Part shown: one piece after another, positions 26,531 through 38,159 of the stretch
Position numbering within the stretch: position 1 is the stretch's first letter
How the letters are laid out: every line of letters begins with the position of its first letter
NCBI RefSeq assembly: GCF_006345805.1
Contig: NC_043005.1
Span: 13,454,001 to 13,518,000 of the forward strand
Direction of reading: 5' to 3'
DNA length: 64,000 nt
Source of the DNA: Octopus sinensis
Taxonomy: Eukaryota
Position numbers and translations under genes: made by a program
The notes under the pieces: generated by a model
Databases searched by the model: none
Seen by the model: only the letters and a program-made list of their open reading frames with translations
Told to the model about the DNA's origin: nothing

Positions 26531-27183
26531 TGAAATTTACACAAGTTTAGGTCCACCACAACCACCTCCACCACTGTGCGAAAAAGAGTAAAAATGAGAT
26601 TTTGACATTTTGACATCTGCCATAATGAATATGATAATCAATAGAGGCTTTTGTCACATCTGGTCTTGTAATGGTTGCAATGAATACAAGAACAAAATTC
26701 CATTTGAATATGAATCTATAAACAAAATGTGTTACATCTAAGGATCCCATTGGTTAATGACAATGTTCAGATATACTTCTTTTATTATTATTATTATTAT
26801 TATCATCAAGGCGGCGAGCTGGCAGAACCGGGCAAAATGCGTAGCCGTATTTCGTCTGCTGTTACGTTCTGAGTTCAAATTCCGCCAAGGTCGACTTTGC
26901 CTTTCATCCTTTCTGGGTTGATAAATTAAGTACCAGTTATGCACTGGGATCGATATCTGTCCTTGTTTGTCCCCTCTGAGTTTAGCCCCTTGTGGGTAGT
27001 AAAGAAATAGGTATTTCGTCTGCCGCTACATTCTGAGTTCAAATTCCGCCGAGGTCGACTTTGCCTTTCATCCATTCTGGGTTGATAAATTAAGTACCAG
27101 TTATGCACTGGGATCGATATCTGTCCTTGTTTGTCCCCTCTGTGTTTAGCCCCTTGTGGGTAGTAAAGAAATAATTATTATTA

Positions 27184-27646
27184 TTGAGTGAGAGAGCAGT
27201 GCATGCCATCAAAGTGACACTGGGGTAAAATATACGAAACCCAGTATACCCATCATGACTACCCATCAGATAAGGGTACACCAGGCACATGCATCACAAC
27301 CATATGTGCGTGACATGGTGATCTCATATCAAGATAAACAGCACATGACCTTGCAGGTGGGGCTCAGTTAGAATTTTCTTCTGGTCGAGTAGCCCATCCT
27401 AACCAAAAGGTCCTTGAATAGGGGTTGTTTAAGGATGTTGAACAAAACACCCATGTTTCCAGAGGTGAATTATTCAAACCCCAAAGAATCCCTCTCAACA
27501 CATAGCTATGATGCTCCCCCATTACCTCTGCTCGTGATCAGAGATGCACATATCGTCAGCCACTAAGGGACATGCTCAACTGGTTACGGTCAAACAACTG
27601 ACAAGCAAATCTGTGGTATTGAGCAGAATATTTGCTGTAGCCCATC

Positions 27647-27650
<4 letters not shown>
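27184..27650. mobile_element. Unclassified interspersed repeat of about 460 bp; second copy at about 29150-29610
   Basis: Both copies start TTGAGTGAGAGAGCAG and end GTAGCCCATCTTTT / ATAGCCCATCTTTT. Confidence 0.65.
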
Positions 27651-27685
<35 letters not shown>

Positions 27686-27912
27686 CATTATTATTGGCGA
27701 GCTGGCTGAATCTTTAGCACACAGGGCAAAATGCTTCATGGTATTTCATCTGCCGCTATGTTCTGAGTTCAAATTCTGCTGAGGTTAACTTTGCCTTTCA
27801 TCCTTTCGGGGTCGATAGAATAAGTACCAGTTGAACCCTGGCGGGGTCAATGTTATCGACTTAACCCCCTCCCCCATAACTGCTGCCCTTGTGGTAAAAC
27901 TTGAAACCATCA

Positions 27913-28018
<106 letters not shown>

Positions 28019-28232
28019 GGTGGTGAGCTGGCAGAATCGTTAGCAAGCCGGGCAAAATACTTCACAATATTTTGTCTGCCGCTATGTTCTGAGTTCAAAT
28101 TCTGCTGAGGTTGACTTCACCTTTCATCCTCTCAGGATCAATAAATTAAATACCAGTGAAATACTGGGGTCGATGTAATCAACTAGTCCTCCAACCCCAA
28201 AATTTCAGGCCTTGTGTCTATAGTAGAAAGGA

Positions 28233-28267
<35 letters not shown>

Positions 28268-28515
28268 TATTATTATTATTATTATTATATATTATTATTA
28301 AGGTGGTGAGCTGGCAGAATCGTTAGCAAGCCGGGCAAAATACTTCACAATATTTTGTCTGCCGCTATGTTCTGAGTTCAAATTCTGCTGAGGTTGACTT
28401 CACCTTTCATCCTCTCAGGATCAATAAATTAAATACCAGTGAAATACTGGGGTCGATGTAATCAACTAGTCCTCCAACCCCAAAATTTCAGGCCTTGTGT
28501 CTATAGTAGAAAGGA

Positions 28516-28560
<45 letters not shown>

Positions 28561-29664
28561 TATTATTATTATCATACTCAGTTGCCCTCGTTATTTATTA
28601 CAAGATCCATACTCCTGTTATAATTATGCTTTGTAACAGAAGTCAACATCAAATAAATTACAACGTGCAGGATTATTGAGTGTTTATGTGTGTGTATCAT
28701 TTTAAGAGGTTACTTTCAAATATAAACATGTATGTAAATAAAAATGATATATCAAATACACAATGATTATAATGCATTCCTAATTCTATTTTCAAATTTG
28801 ACAGCTTTTTTTATATACCAAAATAAATTTTAGTAAATTGAAGGTTTTATTTTATGAAAAAAAAACAATGTCACTTCTAAAATCATTGGCTAATGAATAT
28901 GACATAAATACATAAAACCGTCAATTAATGTGTGTATAAACACACACACATACATATGTACATACATACTTGCATACATACATACTTACATACATAAATA
29001 CTTACATACATACATACATGCATACACACACATACATATATACATACATACAAACATACAAACATACATACATACATACATACATACATACATACATACA
29101 TACATACATACACACACACAGACATACATACATATATACATACGTATGTATTGAGTGAGAGAGCAGCATATGCCATTAAAGTAATACTGGTATACTCATC
29201 ATGACAACCTATCTGATACCCATCATGATAGCCCAGTACACCCACCACAACAACCCATCTGATAAGGACACACTAGGTATATGCATCACAACAATATGTG
29301 CACACACCTGGTAACCTTATATCAAGATGAACTGTGCATGACCTTGCAGGTGGGACCCAGTTAGAAATTTCCTTCGGGTTGAGTAGACCATTCCACTCAA
29401 AAGAGCCCCGAATAAGGTTTGTTTAAGGATGATGAATGAAACACCCATGTTTCCAGGGGTGAATTATTCAAATCCCAAAGAATCATTCTCAATACATGGC
29501 TATCATGCTCCTCTACTGCTCCTGCCCGTGATCAGAGATGCACAAACCGGACATTCTCAACTGATTGACGTCAAGCAATTGACAAACAATATTTGTTATA
29601 GCCCATCTTTTATATCATGACAAAACATACTTGATAGCACTAAAGCCATGAGAGCCACCGCCAG

Positions 29665-30130
29665 ATGTTTGTATGTATGTAAGTATGTATGTATGTATGT
29701 ATGTATGTATGTATGTATGTATGTATGTATGTATGTATGTGTGTGTATATATGTACATATGTATGTACGTATATATGCATGATGAATGTATGTATGCAAG
29801 TATGTTTGTATGTACGTATGTATGTATGTATGTATGTATGTATGTATGTATGTATGTATGTATGTATGTATGTGTGTGTATTTATGTATGTATGTATATA
29901 TGATGCATGTATGTATGTATGTATGTATGTATGTATGTATGTATGTATGTGTGTGTGTGTGTATGTATGTATGTGTGTGTATGTATGTATGTATGTATGT
30001 ATGTGTGTGTATGTATGTATGTATGTATGTATGTATGTATGTATGTATGTATGTATGTATGTACGTACGTATATATGCATGATGAATGTATGTGTGTACG
30101 TATGTATGCATGTATGTATGTATGTATGTA
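29665..30130. repeat. (TATG)n microsatellite
   Basis: Direct reading. Confidence 0.95.
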
Positions 30131-30518
30131 AGAATACAATAGATACATATACGGATACATATACATACTCATTAACACACACACAAATAAACACACACAC
30201 ACACACGTTCTTTTTGGGAATGACTCGAAGCATTCAGACAAAGCTATAAATATTAGACCGTAAACGTATATGTATGCCATGCCTGTGCATATGATACTGT
30301 GTGTGTGTGCTGGTACACAAATATAACCAGGTAATTTCTGGAAAATGGATCGGTAGATAGATTGTTTAAACAGGTGTATATTTACGTCATAAGCAGGATG
30401 ATTAAGCTTTATAAAAATAAGCAAGTCTTACGTAGATCATTTACTGCGTAAACAGTTTACCGAGACGATGCCGAAAAGAATACGGAAGAAATAATCAACC
30501 AGTCCAAACATCACTTAC

Positions 30519-30560
30519 CTTTACTGAGCAAGTGTTTCTTTAATTTGTTTTACGAATGTT
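30519..30560 (-). other. CAPSL: Probable non-coding first exon (5' UTR) of the calcyphosin-like gene; 5' boundary approximate
   Basis: Perfect donor AAG|GTAAGT at 30518 in unique sequence. No ATG, and an in-frame TAA relative to the downstream exon. Coding exon 1 has an acceptor 35 nt before its ATG, so an upstream exon is needed. Confidence 0.55.
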
Positions 30561-30580
30561 GCTCTTAGCAACCGGAAACA
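30558..30580. promoter_or_regulatory. RFX X-box-like palindrome GTTGCT-CTT-AGCAAC with an overlapping ETS-like CCGGAA
   Basis: Seen at 30558-30572, directly upstream of the candidate first exon; resembles the RFX consensus GTNRCC-N0-3-RGYAAC. Confidence 0.55.
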
Positions 30581-30774
30581 AGAACTATAACCCTGTATTT
30601 CACAAATGTTTAGCTGTAAATTTTTTAGATTATCTCCCTTTCATCTGGAAATTTCTCATATACGTATGTGTAAGCAATATCTATAAATTTATATATATAT
30701 ATATATATATACTTTTGTGTACTAACTTTTTTGTGTGTTATATAATTTTTATATATATATATATATATATGTGT

Positions 30775-30837
<63 letters not shown>

Positions 30838-31007
30838 AAATACAAAATGGGACAAGAACGTAAAACATCCGGACCCGGACAACTAGGACAAAAAGGGACA
30901 ACAAAACATCCAGAAAGACGATACAAAAAAACAAGGACGGGTCATTCGAAGCCTTTTATCTTCAGTCAAGAACTGGATCATCCTCGCAATTTCGGCTGAT
31001 ATATATA

Positions 31008-31058
<51 letters not shown>

Positions 31059-31132
31059 TAAATTTGTACACACACACATATGTATGAGTGCGTGCGTGTG
31101 TGTGTACGACTTTTTTTCAAAAAAATGATATA

Positions 31133-31513
31133 TCTCTCTATATATAAAGCTGAAGTTGTCTGTACATGGCAGGTTTTGTAGCCTTCAACTAACACTATCT
31201 CCTGCGAGACCTTGCGGCACAAGTTGACCAAAATTGAGAGTATGATAGAAGAAGGTTTGCTCTTCCTTCCGTAGAAGATAAAATTCAAATCGGACCATGC
31301 TAAGACCAAAAATTATTTACATCAAAAAGATGCTTTTTTATTTTATGTTTTACGATTTTTTGACTGCCGTGTCGCCATTTTTCGGTGTATTTCAACCAGA
31401 AAAATGTCCACTTAGAGAGAATAACAAGCTACATAATGCAAAATTTGTACTTTTCAAACATTCCAATTTTAAAGGGTCGAAACAAACCCGAGCAACGCCG
31501 GGCGATACTGCTA

Positions 31514-31514
<1 letters not shown>
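31133..31514 (+). mobile_element. Non-autonomous Helitron, different interior, shared 3' terminus
   Basis: A|TCTCTCTATATATAAAG...CAAACCCGAGCAACGCCGGGCGATACTGCTAG|T. Confidence 0.8.
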
Positions 31515-31570
<56 letters not shown>

Positions 31571-31639
31571 AGTGTACAAACATGCATGCATGTTTGTGTG
31601 TTTTTGTGTATACATATATATATATATATGTATGTATGT

Positions 31640-32194
31640 ATGTCAGGTCACTTTCGAGTGCTACTGGTAACATGTAATCCAGTACAACATGTTGCATGGT
31701 CGGGTCGTCGGCGACTAAACCGGTAACCCTACCAAGCTTGCTTGGTGAGGAGGGTGTTTATTGGACACCCTGCGGGATGAAAAACAAAACCCGTCAAAGA
31801 GTAGAGGAACTCTTGAGAGTCAACGGCCATCCAATAAATGTCTTAAGGCTGTATCATGCGCGGGGACATAGAAATAATCGGACTGAATACCCGATCGCGC
31901 GGTTAAACCATTGGGAGTGAAGGACTCCTAGCCTTTGTTAGGGCATCCTTCTAGGAGAAGGTAACTCAGGTAACTGGGATAACTCCGACATAAAACCTGC
32001 GGCTCAGTGGTTACCGATGATGTTGACTTGTTCTTCTTTTCGGATTATGGCTGCTGTTGCTTAATGAGTGGGATTGACTCAGTGCACAGCCTTTCCTCAC
32101 TTTAAAAAAAATCTTCTTGCACAGGCTTTGCACGATAACAACATTGATTAAGCTTCGTGCAATGGCCATACTCGATAACGAGGGGGCAACCACC
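31640..32194 (+). mobile_element. Second copy of the RTE-leader-like element, inserted in (ATGT)n
   Basis: Same termini ATGTCAGGTCAC...GGGGGCAACCACC; the flanking ATGTATGT duplication is ambiguous within the microsatellite. Confidence 0.7.
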
Positions 32195-32394
32195 ATGTAT
32201 GTATGCATGCATGTATGTATGTATGAATGTATGTGTGTATGTGCAAGTGTGTGCATACATACATGCATGTATGTATATTTGTATGTATGTACTACGTATG
32301 TATGCATGTATTATTGAATGCCAAATATGTACGACATATACAATCACACACAAACATATACACACATATACATACACACATACATACATGAACT

Positions 32395-32880
32395 GAAAGA
32401 GAATGTCTTCCAGATATTATTTTCCCATGAAGGGCGGTGCAGTGGCCAGAACCGTCTGGAACAGCGAAACAAAAGAGAAAACACCTACAAACCGATGGGT
32501 TAGAATATTGGTGCAACTTAAAAATTAAAACAGCCACCAAATCAAAGCACAACTGGCCAGATTTGGTTGTGTGGGACCACAAGAAAAAGATGTATTTTTT
32601 TTGTGTGGAAATCAGCTGCCCTCTGGACTCGAATGTTGTCAGAAATATACAAGAGAAAGAGGACATCCTCAGATCATTGATAAGGAGTTTGCAAATCCAG
32701 TACTCAAGAGACACTTTCAGCTTCATACCTATTATTATAGGAGCAACAGGATATAGACCAGCCTGTCTGAAGCAAAGGATTGCCGAACTTGGGTCGCAGT
32801 GGAGGGAAGGCAAATCCTTAATTCATTCATTACAAATGATCGCGATAGCTGGGATAATAAAAAATCTTGAGATTTAAAGG
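32395..32880 (+). mobile_element. R4/Dong-type RLE endonuclease domain fragment
   Basis: ORF 32437-32877: HNWPDLVVWD...VEISCPLDSNV...EKED...FIPIIIGATG, a PD-(D/E)xK-type motif. Confidence 0.75.
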
Positions 32881-32980
32881 GTGATGAACAAAACAAGATG
32901 CTTTCCCTCACAACCTTACCACTAAGCAGATGACAGGTCAAAATTTAGTCGAAATTAAAAAGGGAAAGAGAATATATACG

Positions 32981-33073
32981 CACAATTACATGGGACCTCC
33001 GCTGGTTTCGACGATGAGTAAGGCAGCCTTTCTTCCAGCTGCCTGACTTACTCCATTTATCAGTGTGATTGTG
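32981..33073 (-). ncRNA. Degenerate large type I hammerhead-like motif
   Basis: CACAATCACA CTGATAA [long stem II] GAAA CC-AGCGGA-GG TC CCA TGTAATTGTG. Confidence 0.45.
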
Positions 33074-33392
33074 TTGATGTGATCGACTTGAATCTTTAAA
33101 GGCGGTGCCCCAGTATGGTCGTATTCCAATGATTCCAATCAATAAAACAATAAATATATAATGATTACATTTTCCCAAATCCAATTTGTGAGCAAATGAA
33201 AATATAAGCCACATCATTCCTTAGTTGTTAGCAACATAATTGACACACCCAAAGGCTAAATACATGCAGTCACCAAGTACAATATTTATTGATGAACCTA
33301 ATAACTCAGACATGTCATCTGCTAAATTTTTACGTCGAGATGTATGCATCTCGCTTTGTTATTCCTCTCATCGTTAAGTACAATGAAGGCTA

Positions 33393-33436
33393 AACTTCGC
33401 TGAAGAGGTCTGGTAAGCTGAAAACTGTCTGAGGTT
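33393..33436 (+). ncRNA. Hammerhead-like motif
   Basis: AACTTCG CTGAAGA GGTCTGGTAAGCT GAAAA CT GTC TGAGGTT; 7-bp stem I with wobbles, one extra A. Confidence 0.35.
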
Positions 33437-33644
33437 GTTTCCCCTAGTTGTTCAAATAATTAAAATACTATTACACATTGAATTAATGTATTTTCATCGT
33501 TCTTTAGCTACCTCTAATTAGATTGTTGATGCTAACTGCATTAAATATCTTAACATTAACTAAATAACAGTAATTAACCTGGAGATTACCATAGAAACTG
33601 TGTTATATAATATACATGCATACGCATGTATGTACATGTGTATA

Positions 33645-33795
33645 GATACAGGTATATATATGGCATTCGCCATGATAGATCGCTTGCCACTACGCATTCT
33701 TTATCTTCTCTCCTTGTTTCTTTCTGTGTTCCTTTCTGTGGAAGAGCGTAGGCTCGAAACGTTAAGGACTTTTTCACTTCCCGAGCGTTACCATC
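33645..33795 (+). mobile_element. Penelope-like terminal repeat fragment with a hammerhead variant (33732-33767)
   Basis: Same family as 40100-40290 and 54290-54475; contains CTGTGGA A GAGC-GTAG-GCTC GAAAC GTT. Confidence 0.45.
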
Positions 33796-33908
33796 ATCTT
33801 TTTCCCATTTTTAATGCATTTTTTTGCTACTTTTTGGCTATAACTCTCTAAAAATGCTTTATAGTTATTTCCCTTACAAACCCGAGCAACGCCGGGCGAT
33901 ACTGCTAA
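33796..33908 (+). mobile_element. Helitron 3' fragment
   Basis: Matches the 3' 110 bp of the 19623 family; ends GATACTGCTAAT. Confidence 0.7.
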
Positions 33909-33959
33909 TTTAAATTAAAAGAATGTGCAAATCGAAACGGTTTCTTTTATGCCTTTATT

Positions 33960-34152
33960 GCTTTCAGTCTTAGCTTAAGGTATTTTCACACCCGACATCA
34001 CAAAATGCGTCTGAATAAACATTGCCGGAGAGCAAATAGTGACTCGGACATTGCTTGGAAGATATTTTTCATTTTTAACCTCGTATATAGTACGCACTTT
34101 GACCTTTAAATTTTGGGAAAATAATGCGGGTTATACTCGAGGATTTACGGTA
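33960..34152. mobile_element. Probable pogo/Tigger-like DNA transposon terminus
   Basis: Ends TGCGGGTTATACTCGAGGATTTACGGTA, with a subterminal inverted copy CCTCGTATATAGTACGCA; assignment from recalled TIR style. Confidence 0.4.
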
Positions 34153-34154
34153 TG

Positions 34155-34198
<44 letters not shown>

Positions 34199-34309
34199 AT
34201 ATATATTATATATATATATATATAAAACAAAGTTGAGTTGTGGGGTGTCGCATGAGTGGAATTATATACGAAAGAAGGTTTGAAAAGGCAATTTAAAAGA
34301 TGTTTATTT

Positions 34310-34620
34310 ACTTAACCGGTTTCACTCTTTGGAAAAAGATTGTCAAAAGTAACATAGAATATTATGAATTCAAAAAAATTTACATAATTGCCACATTACA
34401 TGTATATATACAGTCTTTGGTAACAGGGAGATGAAAGCATAAAACAAAAACCACAACAACGCGAGGACGTGGAACAAATATAGTATCATTGGATGCTCAG
34501 GAAAGAAGGAGGGTTTAACGTTTCGAGCTGGGCTCTTCGTCGGAAACATAGGAGAAGGAGAGATCCAGAGAAGGGAAGACAGAGGAAAAAAAGGGGAGGA
34601 AAATCGCCAACGGTACACAC
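34310..34620 (-). mobile_element. Penelope-like repeat fragment with a CCGACGA hammerhead variant (34513-34547)
   Basis: GTTT CCGACGA A GAGC-CCA-GCTC GAAAC GTT AAAC; boundaries approximate. Confidence 0.4.
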
Positions 34621-34734
34621 GCGGTCACATATATATACGTATGTATGTATGTATGTATGTATGTATGTATGTATGTATATGTATGTATGTATACACACAT
34701 ACATACATACATACATACATACATACATACTACA

Positions 34735-34767
<33 letters not shown>

Positions 34768-35137
34768 GTGTGTGTGCGTGTATGTATATACACACGTACA
34801 TATATATACATACGACGGGCTTCTTTCAGTTTCCGTCTACCAAATCCACTTACAAGGCTTTGGTTGGCTCGAGGTTATAGAAGGCACTTGCCCAAGGTGT
34901 CACGCAGTGCAACTGAACCCGGAGCCATGTGGTTGGGAAGAAGGGTTCTTACCACAAACCCATATTGGCAACTACGTGTACACACAAACACAAACACAGA
35001 CATAGTTATGTTATATTCTGTAAAAGAATGTAGCGCAATACAGCATAAAGCTCGTCCACCTTCAGATTTCACCCTACGCTATCCAGTAGTAGTATTATAC
35101 GTACTTCCAGATCTGCGTTTGGGCTTTTGCAATCACT

Positions 35138-35523
35138 GTAGAGGCGCAATGACCCGGTGGTTAGGGCAGCGGACTTGCGGTCGTAGGATCGCGGTTTCGA
35201 TTCCCAGACCGGGCGTTGTGAGTGTTTATTGAGCGAAAACACCTAAAGCTCCACGAAGCTCCGGCAGGGGATGGTGGTGATCCCTGCTGTACTCTTTCAC
35301 CACAAACTTTCTCTCACTCTTACTTCCTGTTTCTGTTGTACCTGTATTTCAAAGGGCTGGCCTTGTCACTCTCTGTGTCACGCTGAATATCCCCGTGAAC
35401 TACGTTAAGGGTACACGTGTCTGTGGAGTGCTCAGCCACTTACACGTTAATTTCACGAGCAGGCTGTTCCGTTGATTCGGATCAACCGGAACCCTCGTCG
35501 TCGTAACCGACGGAGTGCTTCCA
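35138..35523 (+). mobile_element. tRNA-headed SINE family C with a 12-bp TSD TTTGCAATCACT
   Basis: TSD at 35126-35137 and 35524-35535; A box TGACCCGGTGG, B box GTTTCGATTCC. Confidence 0.85.
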
Positions 35524-35921
35524 TTTGCAATCACTACAATTGTTACTATGCAACGTAGTTCTCCGGGCTTGCAGGTATTTGGTTACGTAACCGTTTCCAT
35601 ACATCATAAGGTCTAGTTGTGTTTCCTCAGGTGATATATAAATATTGTAAGGCGGCGACCTGGCAGAAACGTTAGGACTCCGGGCGGAATTCTTAGTGGT
35701 ACTTCGTTTGTCATTCCGTCCAGAGTTCAATTTCCGCCGAGGAGTTACCTCCCTTATTTATAAAACTTAATCTTGGCCGAGTTGCTTCCCTTGCATATTC
35801 GCAAAGTATTTTCTAACGGAGTCGTTAAGGCCTTTGACAAGTTGTTTGCATTTTGGGAATTTCTGCCGATGTAACCAGCCTCTTCTTCTCCACTTCTTGG
35901 AATCAGTGTTTTAAAAAGGGT

Positions 35922-36331
35922 GGATCTTTTCGGTTTGAATGGCAGCTTTTAACATAATTTCTAGGTAAATAAAAAATTTTAAACTTCGTATACTGGCAGA
36001 ATGTGTTTATAAAACATATTTTTCTCTTGGCTTTATTGAGAAAATTCTATAGTTTGTAAGATATTTGTTGTTTTTTTTCTTCAATTTCTGCAATTTCAAC
36101 CAATCACTGACACTATTGAGGTAAAAAACATTCTGTGCCGTATAAATATGTCCCTCGTTTCAGAAATATATTGGTTTTATTTACATTTGTGAAGAAAATA
36201 AGATACCCTTCCTCCTAACCATAACCCTAAAATAGATTGAAATGCAATAGATCGATACTAGGGTCATAATTATAGGTGACAATTTCATATGACCCCGCTA
36301 GAAAAAACTGCCGTTCAAACCGAAAAGATCC
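35922..36331. mobile_element. MITE with GGATCTTTTCGGTTTGAA TIRs and 8-bp TSD AAAAGGGT (Merlin-like, hAT not excluded)
   Basis: TSD at 35914-35921 and 36332-36339; TIRs of about 28 bp. Confidence 0.8.
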
Positions 36332-36752
36332 AAAAGGGTTCTTGACGCTTGAAACAAAGATAAGATACGTTTGGCTTGACAGAGCGCAAGAAGCACCAGC
36401 AGCCGAAAAACTGAACGGTAAAATTTACGCGGTCAGGGTACTTGATTCCACACAAAAAATCCGGGTTTTTTTTTTTTTTCTTCTTAATGAAAATCGTGCG
36501 GGTGTTACTCGAACATTTTACCAACTGAACTTCATTGAAATAATACGTTTTCGATCTCAGTTATTTGAACAATAGAAAGTCTTTGTTTTATCATAACCCT
36601 GATGTGTATGGGATTGTGTGTGTGTGTGTGATTGTGCGCGCGCGTGTGTGGAGGGGGTATCTGTTAACTTTTCTTTGCTGTAGTCATTAGTTTGCGGCCA
36701 TGTTAGGGCATCATTTTGAAGGATTTTATTTTTTAAACCATTCTATCAGTTA

Positions 36753-37150
36753 CTAGCAGTATCGCCCGGCGTTGCTCGGATTTGTAAGGGAAATAACTAT
36801 ATAAGCATTTTTAGAGATGTAAAGTATAATAGCCATCTCAATATGGTTAACCACAAAGGGGGGGGGGGTTACTGTAGCTTTTTACGTTCTGAGATTTAAT
36901 AATAAATTTTTAGAGAGTTACTTCCCTTATATATGCCAAAAATGCATTAAAAATGGGAAAAATTGATGGTAAATTTTTTTTTAAATCGTAGACTCATCGT
37001 AGACGCGCGCTAATACCCAGAAGGGCTCGATATGAATCACGACTATAAGATACCTGGTTTTGGTTAAACTGCACCGCAAAATGTGGGAGTAGTTAGGAAT
37101 CTAAATCGTAGGAGACAGACAGCACACAACCTTACTTTTATATATAAAGA
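36753..37150 (-). mobile_element. Non-autonomous Helitron, near-identical to 19623-20022
   Basis: Same termini and AT target. Confidence 0.85.
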
Positions 37151-37409
37151 TTTATGCCAAACTGCTAACTTATGGGTGGTGGAGGTGGTGGTCACATGCA
37201 CACACACACACACACATTAATGCTTGTCTTTATTTTCAGTTATAATAAAAACAATCTTACATTAATCTGATGGGTTACTCCATACTTTTGTAGAGCACAA
37301 GTTTATTAATTCCGTTCTGTCTGGGGAGAGTCATTTTCTTTTTGTGCCTAATCCTAATCCCTATATAATATTTTTTTCTACTCTAGGTATTACAGGTACT
37401 TCCAGACAC

Positions 37410-37835
37410 CCATAACATTATCAACCATCTTACAAACAATAACTCTGAGCACCTTTTCGAACTCCACACGTCTAACACCCGTGGACATATTTACAAAGTC
37501 AGGAAACAGCACAACTCTGATGACTTCAGGAAACAGCACAACTCTCATGACTTCAGGAAACATTTTTTCACGCTGAGAGTTGCTGAAGCATGGAACAAAC
37601 TGCCGGCATCAGTTGTTAGTTGTTGGAGCACTGCATCCTTCAAAACTTCCATGCTTCCTGAGATTCGCCAACACTACACCTGATTTTCTCCCCTCCATAC
37701 ACACACGAGCATGTATCTGACTCATACATTGTTCGCTTTCCAGACATTTGTACATTACTGCATATACTTTATATGCACTTTCTGACAAGTTGTGGTGCAC
37801 CTGAGCACTGTATACAATAATTTCATTATTATTTG
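37410..37835 (+). mobile_element. CR1/L2-type LINE 3' end; a decayed reverse copy of the tail lies at about 46470-46670
   Basis: NTRGHIYKVRKQ...FRKHFFTLRVAEAWNKLPASVV...FK; 27-bp tandem duplication at about 37500-37560. Confidence 0.8.
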
Positions 37836-38159
37836 CGTTTGGGCTTCTGTATTGTGTACATAGATAATTGAAAAAGTTGGAGTTAACAAAGCGTACGGAC
37901 AGACATTTATTTGTAATCATTATAATTGTTACTATGTATTAAAGTATGATAAACTGAAAAAAGTTCTTTTTATTTTTCATGGTAGCCGGCCAGGATTGCA
38001 CATTCTGGTTAAATCTTCCATGTGTTAACATGTACCTCCTTGCAATGGTGTAAACTTTCATTTGATCAAGATATCCTTGGTCTGAAGAGTAGCCTGCAGC
38101 ATACACCTCACTTTGATATTTACCACTTCTGAGGTTCCACTCGCTATGAAACACATGTA

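Noticed and set aside
30935-31000. Hammerhead-like CTGAAGA...CTTCGAAT (minus), and a similar trace at about 61985-62015
   Set aside because: The GAAA box or cleavage triplet and the stems are too degraded to support a call.
35143-35215. tRNA gene (also the heads at 12346 and 38763)
   Set aside because: A and B boxes are present, but the cloverleaf is broken and the sequence continues into a multi-copy SINE body with a TSD.
36332-36480. ORF-like FLTLETKIRYVWLDRAQEA after the MITE
   Set aside because: Removing the MITE puts an in-frame TAA immediately upstream, and there is no recognisable homology or splice pair.
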